DNA of 64,000 bases, taken from assembly GCF_001194135.2 (NCBI RefSeq), contig NC_068988.1, forward strand, positions 42,986,899 through 43,050,898, given 5' to 3'. Each line of letters opens with the position of its first letter. Position 1 is the stretch's first letter. The position numbers were made by a program, and so were the translations under genes. The stretch comes from Octopus bimaculoides. Taxonomy: Eukaryota. Shown piece after piece: positions 50,298-63,900 of this stretch. The notes under the pieces are model-generated. The model made no database searches, had not been told where the DNA came from, and saw only the letters and a program-made list of their open reading frames with translations.

Positions 50298-51174
50298 GGA
50301 AGAGAGAAAGGGAGCATAATTCTATAGTAAATAGATTCCAGGCTGCATACGCTGCACATTTCTACATTCTTTCTTCACTCGTCTTTTCAACCCTGATAAC
50401 ATCTATCAGGTGAGTGCAGTTCCACCCTTGCTCACGCTACAAAACGTAATAACAAAAAGGATTCGTGTATGAATCATATATAAACAATAAGGCATTTTCC
50501 ACTCTTTTCTCCGCCTCATTTCCTGTTTCCACGTGTTCCAGCACATGTTCGTACCAGGTCGTACACCAAGATTTACATTTATAGGAGATTTTGCATGTTT
50601 ATCACTACTTATCTCTTTTGCATCTGTTTTGGAGATGTTGCTCTCTCTTTTAGTTGATGCTGTTGCAGTTATCACTTAGGTTATTTCTGTTCGTCTTACA
50701 CTTAATGTCCTAGGTGATGTTGTAATTGTTGATGTTGTACTTAATATTGACGTTACATCTTCTACTCTTGTCGTTGTTATTATTATTGCAACAGTTGTAT
50801 GTTCTCCACACTACAATACAACATGGCTGCCATGCAATATTAAATATGGTGTTCGGGCTTTAAGTGTAAGCGTGTTGTTAGCAAAAACAAATATTTCCTG
50901 TATTGGTAAACAATATCATTGTTGAAAATAATTTACAAAATTCTTTACTCACATCTAGAAGCCGGTAAAGCTGGTTCAAACCTGATAATATTGATAATGT
51001 ATATGTATGCATGCATGTGTGTATATATATCTATGTTATCGCTCTTTCTCACTCTCCCTCTCTTCCGCACTATTTCTACATACACGTGTGCACACACAAA
51101 CTCTCTCACGTACAAAAACGTTTCGTTTACACTCAATTCATTTTAAAAGATAAATATATAATAAGTGCAAACAT

Positions 51175-51570
51175 GACGGTACGGCTTAGAAGTTACTTTC
51201 AAAAACACGTGGTCCCGAGTTCGATTTGCAGTATTTTCGTCTTCCACCTACTATAACCTCATGTTGACCATTGCATTATGAGGCCATGCTGGAGCACTGC
51301 TTTGAAGAATTTAAAACCAATTAATCGACTTTAGTACATTTTTTTAAAGCCCAGTACTTATTCTATTGATATCCTTTTCGAGGGGTGGGGGCTAATGCAG
51401 ACACAAAACACATATCTATACCACGGGCTTCTTTCAGTTTCCGCCTACCAAATCCATTCGCAAGGCTTTGGACAGCTCGAAGCTATAGTAGAAGACAGTT
51501 GCCCAAGGTGTCCAAAGTGAGACTGAATACGGAACTATGTGCTTATGAATCTAGCTTTTTATCACACAAC
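51175..51570. mobile_element. Two convergent eroded SINE-A pieces (+ head about 51175-51275; - copy about 51278-51570)
   Basis: The plus head has ggtcccgagttcgatttgc; the minus copy has ggccatgctggagcactgc and gggcttctttcagtttccgcctaccaaatcc. Confidence 0.65.
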
Positions 51571-51579
51571 AACGCCTGC

Positions 51580-51613
<34 letters not shown>

Positions 51614-53600
51614 NNNNNNNNNNNNNNNNNNNNNNNNNNNNNNNNNNNNNNNNNNNNNNNNNNNNNNNNNNNNNNNNNNNNNNNNNNNNNNNNNNNNNNN
51701 NNNNNNNNNNNNNNNNNNNNNNNNNNNNNNNNNNNNNNNNNNNNNNNNNNNNNNNNNNNNNNNNNNNNNNNNNNNNNNNNNNNNNNNNNNNNNNNNNNNN
51801 NNNNNNNNNNNNNNNNNNNNNNNGTATAGCTGTAAAAATCGATTTTCAACCATAACTTTTACCAATTTTGAAGTTTGCTAACATGGCCAAGTCAAAGTGT
51901 GCGTATGCGCGTGAAGGAGAGAGAGAGAGAAAAATTGTATGTTTGTGAGAGGGGCAGTGAGGGAGAGATACAGATTGTTTGCCAGCGTCTAAAAAAAAAG
52001 GAACGAAGAAGTGGGAGAGGGAGGCAGAAAGCATCTAACGAAAGAAAAAGTGGTAGAGGGAGAATAAGGAAGACAGTGTCAGCGTTCATGAAAAATGAAA
52101 ATGTAAAATGGTTTTTTTTGACAGGTACCTTGCTCAGTAAAGAAGAAAAAATAATGCAAAGAGTGAATTTTGTTTCTTTTTGTTTTTTGTGCAATAATTG
52201 CTCATATAAAATTTTAAGAATGTCTCGCAGACTTTTATTGCCCCAAATACTGCAAATCTCCTAACACACGAATCCTTCTACAAGAATCAAAGTTGAAGAA
52301 TATTTTTGACCCAAGTGAATATTACTTTAATATTCATTACTATAAAGTTGAAAGCTAATTTGGGAAATTAGGTTCCAAAACTCAACAGTTGCCCCAAAAT
52401 ATCTTTATTTCTCTTGTGTTTGTTTATTACTATATTTTCGTCAACGGGTTAACTGACTTACACAAAAATGAATGCCTTTTTAAAGTTTACTATTTCATGT
52501 CCAGTAAGTGGTGATTTTGTAGAATCGTTAGCATATCGAATAAAAGTGCATCACTGTATAGATTCCGACTTATCCGTCGAGTGCAACTTTGTTTCTAACT
52601 TTTTCAGAATTGATAACAAAAGTACAAATCCGGGGCAATGGACTGACAGAGCTGTAAGAGTGTCGAACTGGACGCCTTGTCTTGTTTGTTCTTGTTCTTT
52701 GTATGCCGACTTCAAATTCCGTCATAGTCTGCTAAAGCAGCAGACTGAACACCTCGCCAGATTAAATATTGCCATCTGGAACCTTGAATGCTTTTAACAG
52801 AATCCACTCCCATGCAAGGATTCAGGCCAAGTCAAAGAATGTTTTTCCTTCTCTCCCTCAAGCCTTGGACACCCCCTAAAAGATTACGACTAAAGCAACC
52901 ACGTCATATATTTGGAATAAAATTGTAAAATAGTGAGTGCTAATCTGAGGGTGTACAAAGTTATTTCATAAATAATAATTGAGTTAGTGTTAACATTTAA
53001 CGCACTCAACATTAAACGTTTTAACTAGAAACAATTATGAAAACAACATTAGCCTGTAATGATTATTATTTTGAGTCTTTCAGTAAGTACACGAGAAACA
53101 GACTATATTTGACCTTCAGAGCAAAGAATAAACTCTAGTGGAGAAATCAAAAGCCTGATGAAAGAATCACTAAATAAATGTACAATTATGAACATTTATA
53201 GTCCTAGATGATGTAGGGAGTGAGTGCCAATGATGGGAGGAAATATGTTTTGCTTTAAAAAGTAGTCGTCTATAATTAAGCTGAGTTTAGTAATGAAAAT
53301 TTCCAATAATATTTATGACGCCAGTTAAATGGAGGTTCAGTTAATAAGGTTTTATAAATTCCTAGATTAATTAAAATCTCCTGATAAAATGTTCGTAACT
53401 TGTCTTTTATATTGTTATCATTTTTTAATTAAGGGGGCTATGTTGATGGCCTTCGCAGTACCTCCGAGACGTATGATATCGATTCGGTCGGTCTGTGCGT
53501 GTGCAATTAGGTGAACTGGTTTCTCTGCAGATATATATATATATATTTATGAGTGTGCGTGTGCATGTGTATATATATGTATGTGCGTCGCCTATATATG

Positions 53601-53679
<79 letters not shown>

Positions 53680-54367
53680 GAATATGTGTGCAATTGAGAG
53701 AGAATAAGTAATCAATAAATGTAACACACTTTATTCATTTACTGGCAACTGAGAATTCCGTTCCTATTTGGAGGTGGCCATTACTAACATTAGTATAGGA
53801 AACTCAGAGCAGCAATGTAGTTAAGTCTCAAATATACAATCATGTATATTCTTTTTAGTGATATTCCATTTCTACTTTGGTAAGTATCCTGGTAATTATA
53901 CTTCGCCGATTTTACGCCATTGCAATCTTCGAAGATTGCAACAGCTTGAAATTCGTGGAACATTTTAAGGAATACGATAAAATCGTCTCAAGGGATGTAA
54001 TATAACCATATCAATTGAAACACAGTGCATTTAATTTTCGTAGATATTACTTTGATTATTCGTTGTTATTCCGTAACTGGATCACCACTCTAATAAGAAA
54101 AGCAAATAACAAAATTCGGTTCGGTAAAGTTTGCCCTCCACAATTATTGCAAAAGTCGACTCAGGAGAATTTTTCGCTGTGTATGATCGTCCAATTCGTT
54201 GATGGTGTAGTGCCTCATTTCCACCTGAGTGTCAAGCCAATTCAACCAATAAAATGTTCTCGGTTGAAATATAGACGAAACTTTGGTTGCAACACGAAAA
54301 GTTCAAATGTAATAACTAGGAACCTTCTAACAAGCACGTACTTACAGTACAGATCGGTTGGTTAGAT

Positions 54368-54457
<90 letters not shown>

Positions 54458-54759
54458 TTACACACACACATATATGTATATGTGTGTGTGTCTATATATA
54501 ATATGTATGTATGTATGTATGTATGTATAATATGTATGTATGTATACGAAATTTTTGCGTGTAGATTTGCACTGAACAATAACCATTTAAAAGCCTTTCC
54601 TTGTCCCACCTTTAAAAATTTAACGGTTTTGCCACGAATTTTTCCTTTTTTCTTCTCGACATGATGTATAATTGTTTTTGTTAAACGTTCAGAAAGTCTT
54701 TAGAATTTTGCAGGGTTAACACCTGAGACCAATCCATTGAGTTACAGAAGCTATGGAAA

Positions 54760-54910
54760 GTGCTGGTAGAATGTATCACTGTAGTTATAGGAGCATTAGG
54801 AACTATTCCTAAAAATTTGAACAAATGGATAGAGGGAATAAGCATAAAACCTAGCTTAGTACAACGCCTGAAAACAGTATTAGAGAGAGCTAGGATACTT
54901 AGAACCTAAA
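54760..54910 (+). mobile_element. R4/Dong-like LINE C-terminal relic followed by (AAT)n
   Basis: CITVVIGALGTIPKNLNKWIEGISIKPSLVQRLKTVLERARILRT* (VVIGALG..KT.L..ARILR motif). Confidence 0.75.
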
Positions 54911-54917
54911 TAATAAT

Positions 54918-55131
54918 AATCCTTTGTACTAAAGGCACAAGGCCAGAAATTTGGGGTAGGGAGCTAGTCGATTATATCGACCTCAGTGTTCAACTGGTAC
55001 TTATTTCATCGACCCCGAAAGGATTAAAGGTACAGTCGACCTCGGTGGAATTTGAACTCAGAACGTAAAGACGGACGAAATACCGCAAAGCATTTTGCCC
55101 GGCATGCTAACGTTTTTGCCAGCTCGCCGCT

Positions 55132-55195
<64 letters not shown>

Positions 55196-55370
55196 TAATA
55201 ATAACTGGTTGAAATTTAGGTACAAGGCTAACGATTTTGAGGAGAGGTGGTTAGTCGATAACCCCTACCAAGAAACTTAATTGATACTTTATATTATCGG
55301 CCCCAGGATGGATTAAAGGCAAAGTTGAACTCGGTGGGATTTGAGCTCAGAATGTAAAGCGCAAAACATT
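54918..55370 (-). mobile_element. Two SINE family B copies separated by long (AAT)n
   Basis: Full copy at 54918-55133 and a 5'-truncated copy at about 55205-55370. Confidence 0.85.
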
Positions 55371-55739
55371 TGCTCAAACGCACACACACACACACACACA
55401 TACACACACACACACACATCCATTCGTACTATGGTCGCGTTAATCCGCCATAATTCTATCAACAAATTTATAGCCTTTTGCCTGTGTTAGAAACCATTGT
55501 TGTTACTATCAAGGGAGTTGGAGTAGCTAGCCAGATAAATCAGCTTGCGAGTACTTAGTCCACGATATATTATCTACATATCTTTTATCATAGTTTGAAC
55601 GGATGTGTGTGTGTGTGTGTGTGCGTGCGTGCGTGCGTGTGCGTGAATGTGTGTAAATGTTTTGCGCTTTTATATTCTAAAACAATCAATTTTAACTTTA
55701 AGTTTTGTAGGGTTTAATAAAATAAAAACCGACCAGATT

Positions 55740-56140
55740 GAATCCCTCCACCTAGACATCTTAGATACTATCCGGAAACAGGCCATTCGATTGATTATCG
55801 TCAATCAGTCACAACCATCCAACAACTTCTGGCCCACAGATGTACTGTCTACTCTCTCTTTCTTTCTTTCTTTTTATTGCTATGGTAATGACTTCTCCTT
55901 TTTGGCACTGGCTTGGTTCATGCATCTCCATTTATGTATTCCCGTTCCAGTTTATCTCTCTTTCTCTCATCATTCTTCATTTGTGCATCTCACACCCCGG
56001 CGTCGCATTAATCATTTTTCGCAATTCTTCTTACCCAGAACCTTCAGAAGTCTCTCCCATTGCGTGTATTTCTAGCAGATGTTAGTTAACATAGTTTCAA
56101 GAGGCGCATTAACAGCATCAACCTCACCGGTCTTGGAGGG
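55740..56140 (+). mobile_element. CR1/Jockey-group LINE 3' relic
   Basis: LDILDTIRKQAIRLI...STLS.F...RRINHFSQFFLPRT.RSL...FKRRINSINL resembles the ..ASLSLFYRYY..SSFFPRT.RLWNSLP...FKSR.N C-terminus. Confidence 0.65.
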
Positions 56141-57246
56141 AATCATAGGCACTTCCCTTTCCTCTAGACTCAGAAAGAAACAATTGTTCAAGTCTCGAAG
56201 ATGTACTTGTCTGATTTGATCCAAGATCATGAGTTAAAGCCTAAACGAAAAGAACCTAGAAGACATATATTGGCCATTCAAAAACTTAATTGAATAAAAG
56301 ATTTCATTATTTAGTATCATAATTTTCATCGCACATACTGCGACCTGGTCACTGACAAGGTCAACCAACAGCTTCGCCCAAAACCAGTTGCAGTGGAACA
56401 CTATCTGTAACCGGGTCCCAGTTGCTACGATGAAAATTTTGGCACCAAACAATAAATTTTTAAATGAAGTTAAATATTTTTGGGCGTTTTCGTATGTTCT
56501 TCTCCTTGGTCCTTGCCTTGGAAATTAATATTGCAAATTAATTATTCTTTATTTACTTTAGCCGTTCGCCACGCCCGTAGTTTACCCACGCTGGGTGGAT
56601 ATAAACGTATGCCGCACCGGTTACGATCTTTATAATGATGTAAATAATATAGGCCGTGATGTTAATTAATCAGCCACCTAGTTAAACTGTCAGCCTGTCA
56701 GGTGCGTTCAAAACACATTATGCAAAGGCGAAGGTAGAAGCATTTAAATGTTTCTCAAACTGGCGTTTAATTAGTTTCTAATTAACTTATTATATATGTA
56801 AATTCTATTGTTTGTATTGCAAATGTTCGTTTCGTTTGTTACGTGAATATATTAACGAACTCGTATGCAAGGAGTGGAGAAGTAAAGGTGGAGCGCAGTA
56901 GATGGAATCAAATTCACTGGGAATATGGCGGGGATCTCTATGTGGTCTCTCAACATGCTAGAAATGACAGTGAAATTTTCTTACAGTTACAGTCTACTAT
57001 TTTAGTAAACAAGAGAACACTATATAATGTAGTTCTATGCCTGGTTAATAAAAGATGAAATTGTTTGATTATTTTTTTATCATAGCTCTGCTGGGTCAGA
57101 GTTGAGTTGGGGATAAACAAACACACGGCTGCTATCAATAAGGAAACCTCTGCAAAGTTTTTTCTGCGCACAAGAAATGGCAGTCGAATCTCGTTCAAAC
57201 TACAGCCGAAAAATTTATGTTACATTATCATCATCATCATCATCGG

Positions 57247-57302
<56 letters not shown>

Positions 57303-57345
57303 ATTTTACCTTTCATACCTTTCGGGATCGATAAAATGAGTGCCA

Positions 57346-57642
<297 letters not shown>

Positions 57643-58360
57643 NNNNNNNNNNNNNNNNNNNNNNNNNNNNNNNNNNNNNNNNNNNNNNNNNNNNNNNNNN
57701 NNNNNNNNNNNNNNNNNNNNNNNNNNNNNNNNNNNNNNNNNNNNNNNNNNNNNNNNNNNNNNNNNNNNNNNNNNNNNNNNNNNNNNNNNNNNNNNNNNNN
57801 NNNNNNNNNNNNNNNNNNNNNNNNNNNNNNNNNNNNNNNNNNNNNNNNNNNNNNNNNNNNNNNNNNNNNNNNNNNNNNNNNNNNNNNNNNNNNNNNNNNN
57901 NNNNNNNNNNNNNNNNNNNNNNNNNNNNNNNNNNNNNNNNNNNNNNNNNNNNNNNNNNNNNNNNNNNNNNNNNNNNNNNNNNNNNNNNNNNNNNNNNNNN
58001 NNNNNNNNNNATATATATATATATATATTGTCCGATGAACGGGAACGTGAAACTCAGAGTAACAGTCTTTTGTTATATATATATATATATATATATATAA
58101 CTTTACCATAACATCGGAGCGACCCAAGCCCTATAAATAAAATAGTGCTTGGAAATCTGTCGGATGAATTGCACTCGTTATTGAATGTTCCACCACTGTC
58201 GCACATAGCGTCATGATGATTCAACCCCAAACTCACCTTACAGGATGCACGTGTCTTCGGAATACTCAGACATTTAGACTTTGAGTTAACGAGTAGATTG
58301 TTCTAATTAATCGAACGACTCGATACACCGACGGATAATTCATCATCATCATCATCATCG

Positions 58361-58392
<32 letters not shown>

Positions 58393-58552
58393 ATCATCAT
58401 CATCATCATTATCATCCTTATGACACAACAATTACCAGCATCTATTTTATTACACTCCGAATGGCAAAAATTGCCATCAGAAGAATTTGAACTCAGAACA
58501 TTGCCAAAATAGTGATTAAATACAGTAAGAAATATAGCCACAAACACATCGC

Positions 58553-58822
58553 TTAATTCTTACTTTTTGGTGAAGAATAGTTGCTTCTGTTGCCAACAAA
58601 TGATTCATCATTATTCTTTTCGAATGAGTCTTCTGTGAGCAGCAATTTTCTCCAGAATACCGAAATGTCATCTTTAATCTCATTGTAACTAGATCTCCGG
58701 GCGGTTGGAGTAAAATTTAATTCGTTTGCTATTATGTCGATTTGTTTTATCGCTGTTGTCTTTGACAAATTCACTGCTTTTAGTTTTTCCTGTTTGCTTG
58801 GCTCCAATGGGTATTTGTTCAT
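58553..58822 (-). mobile_element. Penelope-like element N-terminal relic
   Basis: KAVNLSK..IIANELNFTPTARRSSYNEIKDDISVFWRKLLLTEDSF resembles the PLE N-terminal motif V.NLS...LSKGLNF.PTP....DI..F.RKLRL.EYF. Confidence 0.6.
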
Positions 58823-58980
58823 CTGGATGGGTCTAAAAATCGATTACTGTAGTTTTGTTGGTTTGAATTGCTAGTATTTGCAGTTCCATTTATGTGGTTT
58901 GAAATTGTTAAATGTATTTTCGGATTCTATGTTTCTTGATAGGATTTCAAATTTGTTTCATTATTTCAGAATAGAATTGA

Positions 58981-59122
<142 letters not shown>

Positions 59123-59391
59123 AACTTACTTGGAAAAGGATGCGTGGCGTTCGATCATATAAAAATATAAATAATATATAGATATATCCATATATCCATA
59201 CATATATGCATATATAGGTACAGGACATAAAAAAAAACGTTAAACACAATGAAAAACGAAAACAGAGAACGAAATTTTTTTGAACAACGAAGAAAACAGA
59301 GAAACGAGACATGCAACATAAAGAGTATATCCCTTCGTCAGATGTCCCTGTTCCATCTACTCCACGTTTCGAAGGCAAGGACAACATCAGA

Positions 59392-59720
59392 CATGGCTCA
59401 GTGGTTAGAGCGTCGGGCTCACAATCATGAAGCAGTGAGTTCGATTCCCGGTCCGGGCTGTGTATTGTGCTCTTGAACAAGACACTTTATTTCACGTTGC
59501 TCCAGTTCAATCAGCTGTAGAAATGGGTTGCGACATCACTGGTACCAAGCTGTATCAGCCTTTGCTTTTCCCTTGAATAACATCTGTGGCATGGATAAGG
59601 GAGGTTATATGCATGAGCAATTGCTGTTTATCCATAAACAACTTTACCCAGACTTGTGCCTCGGAGAGGAACTTTCTAGGTGCAATCCCAGAGTCATTCA
59701 TGACCGAAGGGGGTCTTTAT
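59392..59720 (+). mobile_element. SINE family C (near full length)
   Basis: Colinear with 2326-2670. Confidence 0.9.
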
Positions 59721-59902
59721 GTATATAGGGTAAGTTTTTCTGAATGATACTACATGGAGAGTGAACGCAATTGCTCAGCTACAGACAGATACCTTAATGA
59801 ACAGACAAATACCTTAATGAACGATAAATACATATACCAGTAATGCTCAACCAAACTGAAATATTCTTTACTTTATTTCAGTGCAGTGGTTGGACATGAG
59901 AG

Positions 59903-60345
59903 TGTAATATCCTTTCTTATTTTGGTATAAGGCCAGCAATTTTCAAGGGTGGGAAAGTCCAGTGCTCAAATGGTTCCTATTTTATCGACCCGGAAGAACG
60001 AAATGTAAAATTGAGCGCAGCAGAATTTGAACTCAGAACTTAAAGACAAAAGAAATGCCGCTAAGCATTTCTCTTTGTTTTGTGCTACGTGCTAACGATT
60101 CTCCCAGCTTAAGTAAGAGTATAATATAAAGAGGTGATGAGCTGGCCAAATCGTTAGCACGCCGAGTAAAATGCTTAGCGGTATTTCATCCATCTTTATG
60201 TTCTGAGGTCAAATTCCGCCGAGGGTGACTTTGCCTTTCATCCTGCGGAGTTGATAAAATATGTACCAATTGAGTACTGAGGTCGATGTAATCAACTTAC
60301 CCCACCCCTGAAATTACTGACTTTGTGCTAAAATTTGACAGCAGT
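59903..60345. mobile_element. Head-to-head SINE family B pair (- about 59903-60112; + about 60130-60345)
   Basis: B motifs occur in both orientations, separated by about 20 bp. Confidence 0.8.
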
Positions 60346-61179
60346 ATAAAGAGTATACTACGCTTATTGAAAAATATCGATCACGCTTAAATATAAATAA
60401 TTAATCATTTAATTAATTTGCATCCACTAGTATTAATTCAAAAACGTTTGATATCTCATTTATTATGTGTTACTGTCAATAACATCTGTTTAGGAAATTG
60501 TAACGTGATCAAAAAACACATAGTTATGAAACTATTAAATTATAACATCGTTAATGTTAATTACAAAGTCATGGAATTGGTTGGATAGATGGATATTTCA
60601 ATTTTATTATAAAGCTTTATAATAATCATTTCAGTGTCTTTTCTTCTCTGTTTTATTCGTACCTTACATACATACATACATACCCCCCCCCCACACACAC
60701 ACACGTGTGGGTGTGCATGTAAAATAGACACTGGCACACACACAAACACACACGCACATATATATAAATGAAGCAATTTAACACAAATTTCTCAGTTGTC
60801 GACCTAGCTGTTGAATCTATGAATACTTTGTCACTATAAACAACTTGATTGCAGTATACTTGTTTATGTCTCCGTTAGATCTTTCCCATAATTTGATCAA
60901 AGTGTTTTAGTCATGGCCAACACTTTCTATTTTGGCATACTTTATCTAAGACTAAATTGTAATCGTATCCCTTTTTACGAAATCTAGATGCGTCAGTTGA
61001 GTGAGATTTGTCTCTTATTGCTAGCGCTATGCTTAACCGCGTTGAGGTTTCTTCTTTTACTAAAACTCGCACTAAAATGGAGAATAGCGACTAAACGGAG
61101 CAGGGTCTCCCACAGTGGATAGGCTAATTATAAAACTGCTACTGTGTAAAATATTTCATTCATATTTCGAAAATAAAGT

Positions 61180-61425
61180 AAGGCGGCGAGCTGGCAGAAT
61201 CGTTACCGCGCCGGGCAAAATGCATTGCGGAATTTCGTCCGTCTTTACATTCTGAGTTCAAATTCCGTTGAGATCGACTTTACCTTTCATCCTTTCGCGG
61301 TCGATAAAGTTATTACCAGTTGAGCAGTGAGGTCTATGTAATNNNNNNNNNNACTTTACCTTTCATCCTTTCGCGGTCGATAAAGTTATTACCAGTTGAG
61401 CAGTGAGGTCTATGTAATCGACTTA
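61180..61425 (+). mobile_element. SINE family B interrupted by a DNA transposon; 3' end resumes at 63454-63512
   Basis: ..tgtaatcgactTA [insertion] TActctcttgcccgaaattactggccttgtgccaaaattggaaacc. Confidence 0.85.
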
Positions 61426-63453
61426 CCGGGGTTTTCCGAAAATCCGCCCAGGGCTGTTAAACAGATAATTCTATTTTACAAAACTATTTTTTTGGCTTAA
61501 ATAACGGCCCACTTGTAATAAGCGCCCAAGGGCGGTAATATGGAAGTAAAATATTTCACCTAGGAAAAACAAAGATATTCTGAAAAGCCATATTGATTTT
61601 ATACAATTCCATTGAACTTCTATCGTTTCAGTTATTAGATATATAGACATAAAGAAACTGAAACAGCCTTAAAAAAATAGCATATTAAAAAATATTCTGA
61701 AGTTAACAATGGATCTATTAGGAAATATTGAAAATTAAACTGTTGAAAACATGAATAGAAGCCTCATATGAACAAATAATGTCCTTGGGCATTTATGGTA
61801 GAATAATAACCAAATAGTTTCAAGTTAAATTTCTTCATTTGTTGCTTGGCCATAATTCACATCAGAGGAAATTTCATTTACTTGTATCTCATCTTCTTCT
61901 TCAATTTTGTCATTATGTGCATCTGGTGCATTTACCTCATGGCCAGACAAAACATCCTATAAGATATGAGTTTAAGTTGAAACAGAGTTAGTGTTCTTGT
62001 TCGCAGTCTTTTTAGACGTTCATTTGCTCTACGTCTGTAGATGAATTCAAAGGATTTTTATTCCCAATAATGGAGTTGAAAACAAATATATCAAAACGTG
62101 TTCAACGATCATATACCATTAGTTTCTTTATTTAAAGTAGCAACAGCTTGGGTCACAAAGTTCACTATCTCTTGATAAGAAGGTTTTTTTGTGATATCCT
62201 TTATTTGTATACTCCTTTTTGCCATTTGAAAACCAATTCTCCTATTCAGCACGAAGAGCTTTCTTGGAAGGACCAATAATTGATACATCTAACGGCTGTT
62301 AGATCTAATGTTGTTTTAGGAGGTATAAGTTTGAGAATTGTATTCCTACGTTTGAACACTTCTAGGAGCTCTGTTTTCTTGTGCACTGAGCATTCATCCA
62401 TGAAAAGCACTGAATTTCGAGTATGGAATAGTTGTGCTGTTTTCTGCCCAATCACTTTGTCAGCCCACAGCTGCATAAGTTCATATGTAATTGATCCCTT
62501 GTTGGAGACTGTTAAGTAAATATTCTTTGGGACCTTAATTTAAGCACGTTTTTCAATCCTTTAAGGATAATAATTGTTTTCAACACCTTTCCTGCAGCAT
62601 TAACATACAACACAGAAGTAAAACGAGCTTTGGTAGCACCACAGTGGCTAGCATCTACATTTTTATTGCCAACAAAGTCTACGGTTGTTGAACTCAATAT
62701 GTCAACATATACAGGTGTTTCATCCATATTATAAATCTGTATCCTTATCAGTACCCTTATCTGCTGCTAACACTGGAATGCTATCTAGATAGTCACTGGC
62801 GATTTGTACCTTTTCTCCAAGTGTTTTATTGTCTGCTTGACCAACATGTGTAATCTTTCTCCCAGTCAGTTTATTCTGTTTCATGAAATTGAAAATTCAT
62901 TAATCAGAACATCTAAAGCTGTTCATTTCAATTCCAAACCTTTTTACCAATTCAAAAGTATTTTCCCGTAAACGGCAATAATTTACAATTATAATGTTTG
63001 CACGCTAAACAACAATCCATTGTAAGAGTTCAATCTCTAGATCTCTATGTGCTGGTCCTCTCCTTCACCAATTGATCTGCACCTCCTCTTGTCTGACATA
63101 TGGATTAACTCAGTTTTGTTTTTGTGCACCATTCTCTCAATCGCTTTCCATCAATACCTGTCGCTTGACGCAGTAGATAAATTGCCAGAATGTTCTTTCA
63201 TTCGCTTAATAGCACTCAAGTTTTCACTAATGGTATATGTTCGTTGAACAAGTTTTGATATATTTTTTTTCGACTCCATTATTAGGAATAAAAATCCTTT
63301 GAATTTATCTACAGACGTAGAGCAAATGAACGTCTAAACAGACTGCAAACAAGAACACTAACTCTGTTTCAACTTTTAACCTCAAATAACCGCGCATACA
63401 AATAAACGCCCATGGGTGATCTAATGGATGGGCGGATTTTCGGAAAACCCCGG
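61426..63453 (-). mobile_element. pogo/Tigger-like DNA transposon (about 2.0 kb), decayed transposase (HTH plus DDE_1)
   Basis: Perfect 25-bp TIRs CCGGGGTTTTCCGAAAATCCGCCCA (61426-61450) and its inverse (63429-63453), with TA on both sides. Protein pieces: RTYTISENLSAIKRMKEHSGN, MDETPVYVDILSSTTVDFVGNK..FTSVLYVNAAGK..IILKG and LFMDECSVHK..LIPPKTT..LQPLDVSIIGPFK. Confidence 0.93.
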
Positions 63454-63529
63454 TACTCTCTTGCCCGAAATTACTGGCCTTGTGCCAAAATTGGAAACCA
63501 ATATTTCTAAAATAAGGATTTCTCATACA

Positions 63530-63900
63530 ATGGATGACGAAGTGGGGTTCCTCCGAAGATTCTCTAGAGTAACGTTACTTGATAGGCGGTGTAACTCAGA
63601 GAGTTCGGGGAATTTCTCTAGGTGGAGTCGCTACTTCTCTGCATTGAAACCTCACAGCTCAGGTCCTACGGGCATGCGATTAGAATGTCACAGGAAAGAA
63701 TCTCAAGAAGGATTCTTCAAGCCGAGCCAACCGGTAGGAGACCTAGAAGTAGACCAAAAATAAGATAGTTGGATAATATCCATAATCTCTGTTGGTCACG
63801 CTTGGGAATTCAACCGGAAAGTCTAATGACGGCTGCATCTAATAGAACCCTATGGCGGATGTTCACATGAACCTCCCAGGAATAGTGGGCAGAGATGGGT
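63530..63900 (+). mobile_element. RTE-like LINE 3' relic
   Basis: Frameshifted EVGFLRRFSRVTLLDRRCNS..ESLLLCIETSQLRSYGHAIRMSQERISRRILQAEPTGRRPRSRPK.R*LDNI...SNRTLWR. Confidence 0.85.

Noticed and set aside
54010-54360. Possible ancient Tc1/mariner 5' end on the minus strand
   Set aside because: The resemblance is too weak; no TIR or catalytic motif was found.
59322-59391. Hammerhead-like pieces (minus-strand CTGATG..CCTTCGAAACGTG and CTGACGAAGG)
   Set aside because: The triplet would be GUG and the stems do not assemble into a canonical fold. It may be a relic truncated by the SINE-C insertion, but this is unsupported.
61277-61418. Exact duplication of about 65 bp within SINE-B
   Set aside because: The copies flank a 10-N gap, which is typical of an unmerged contig overlap.
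62246-63247. Domesticated pogo-derived host gene (POGK/TIGD-like); likewise SETMAR-like at 712-1900
   Set aside because: Multiple stops and frameshifts; the pogo copy is also bounded by TIRs and a TSD.
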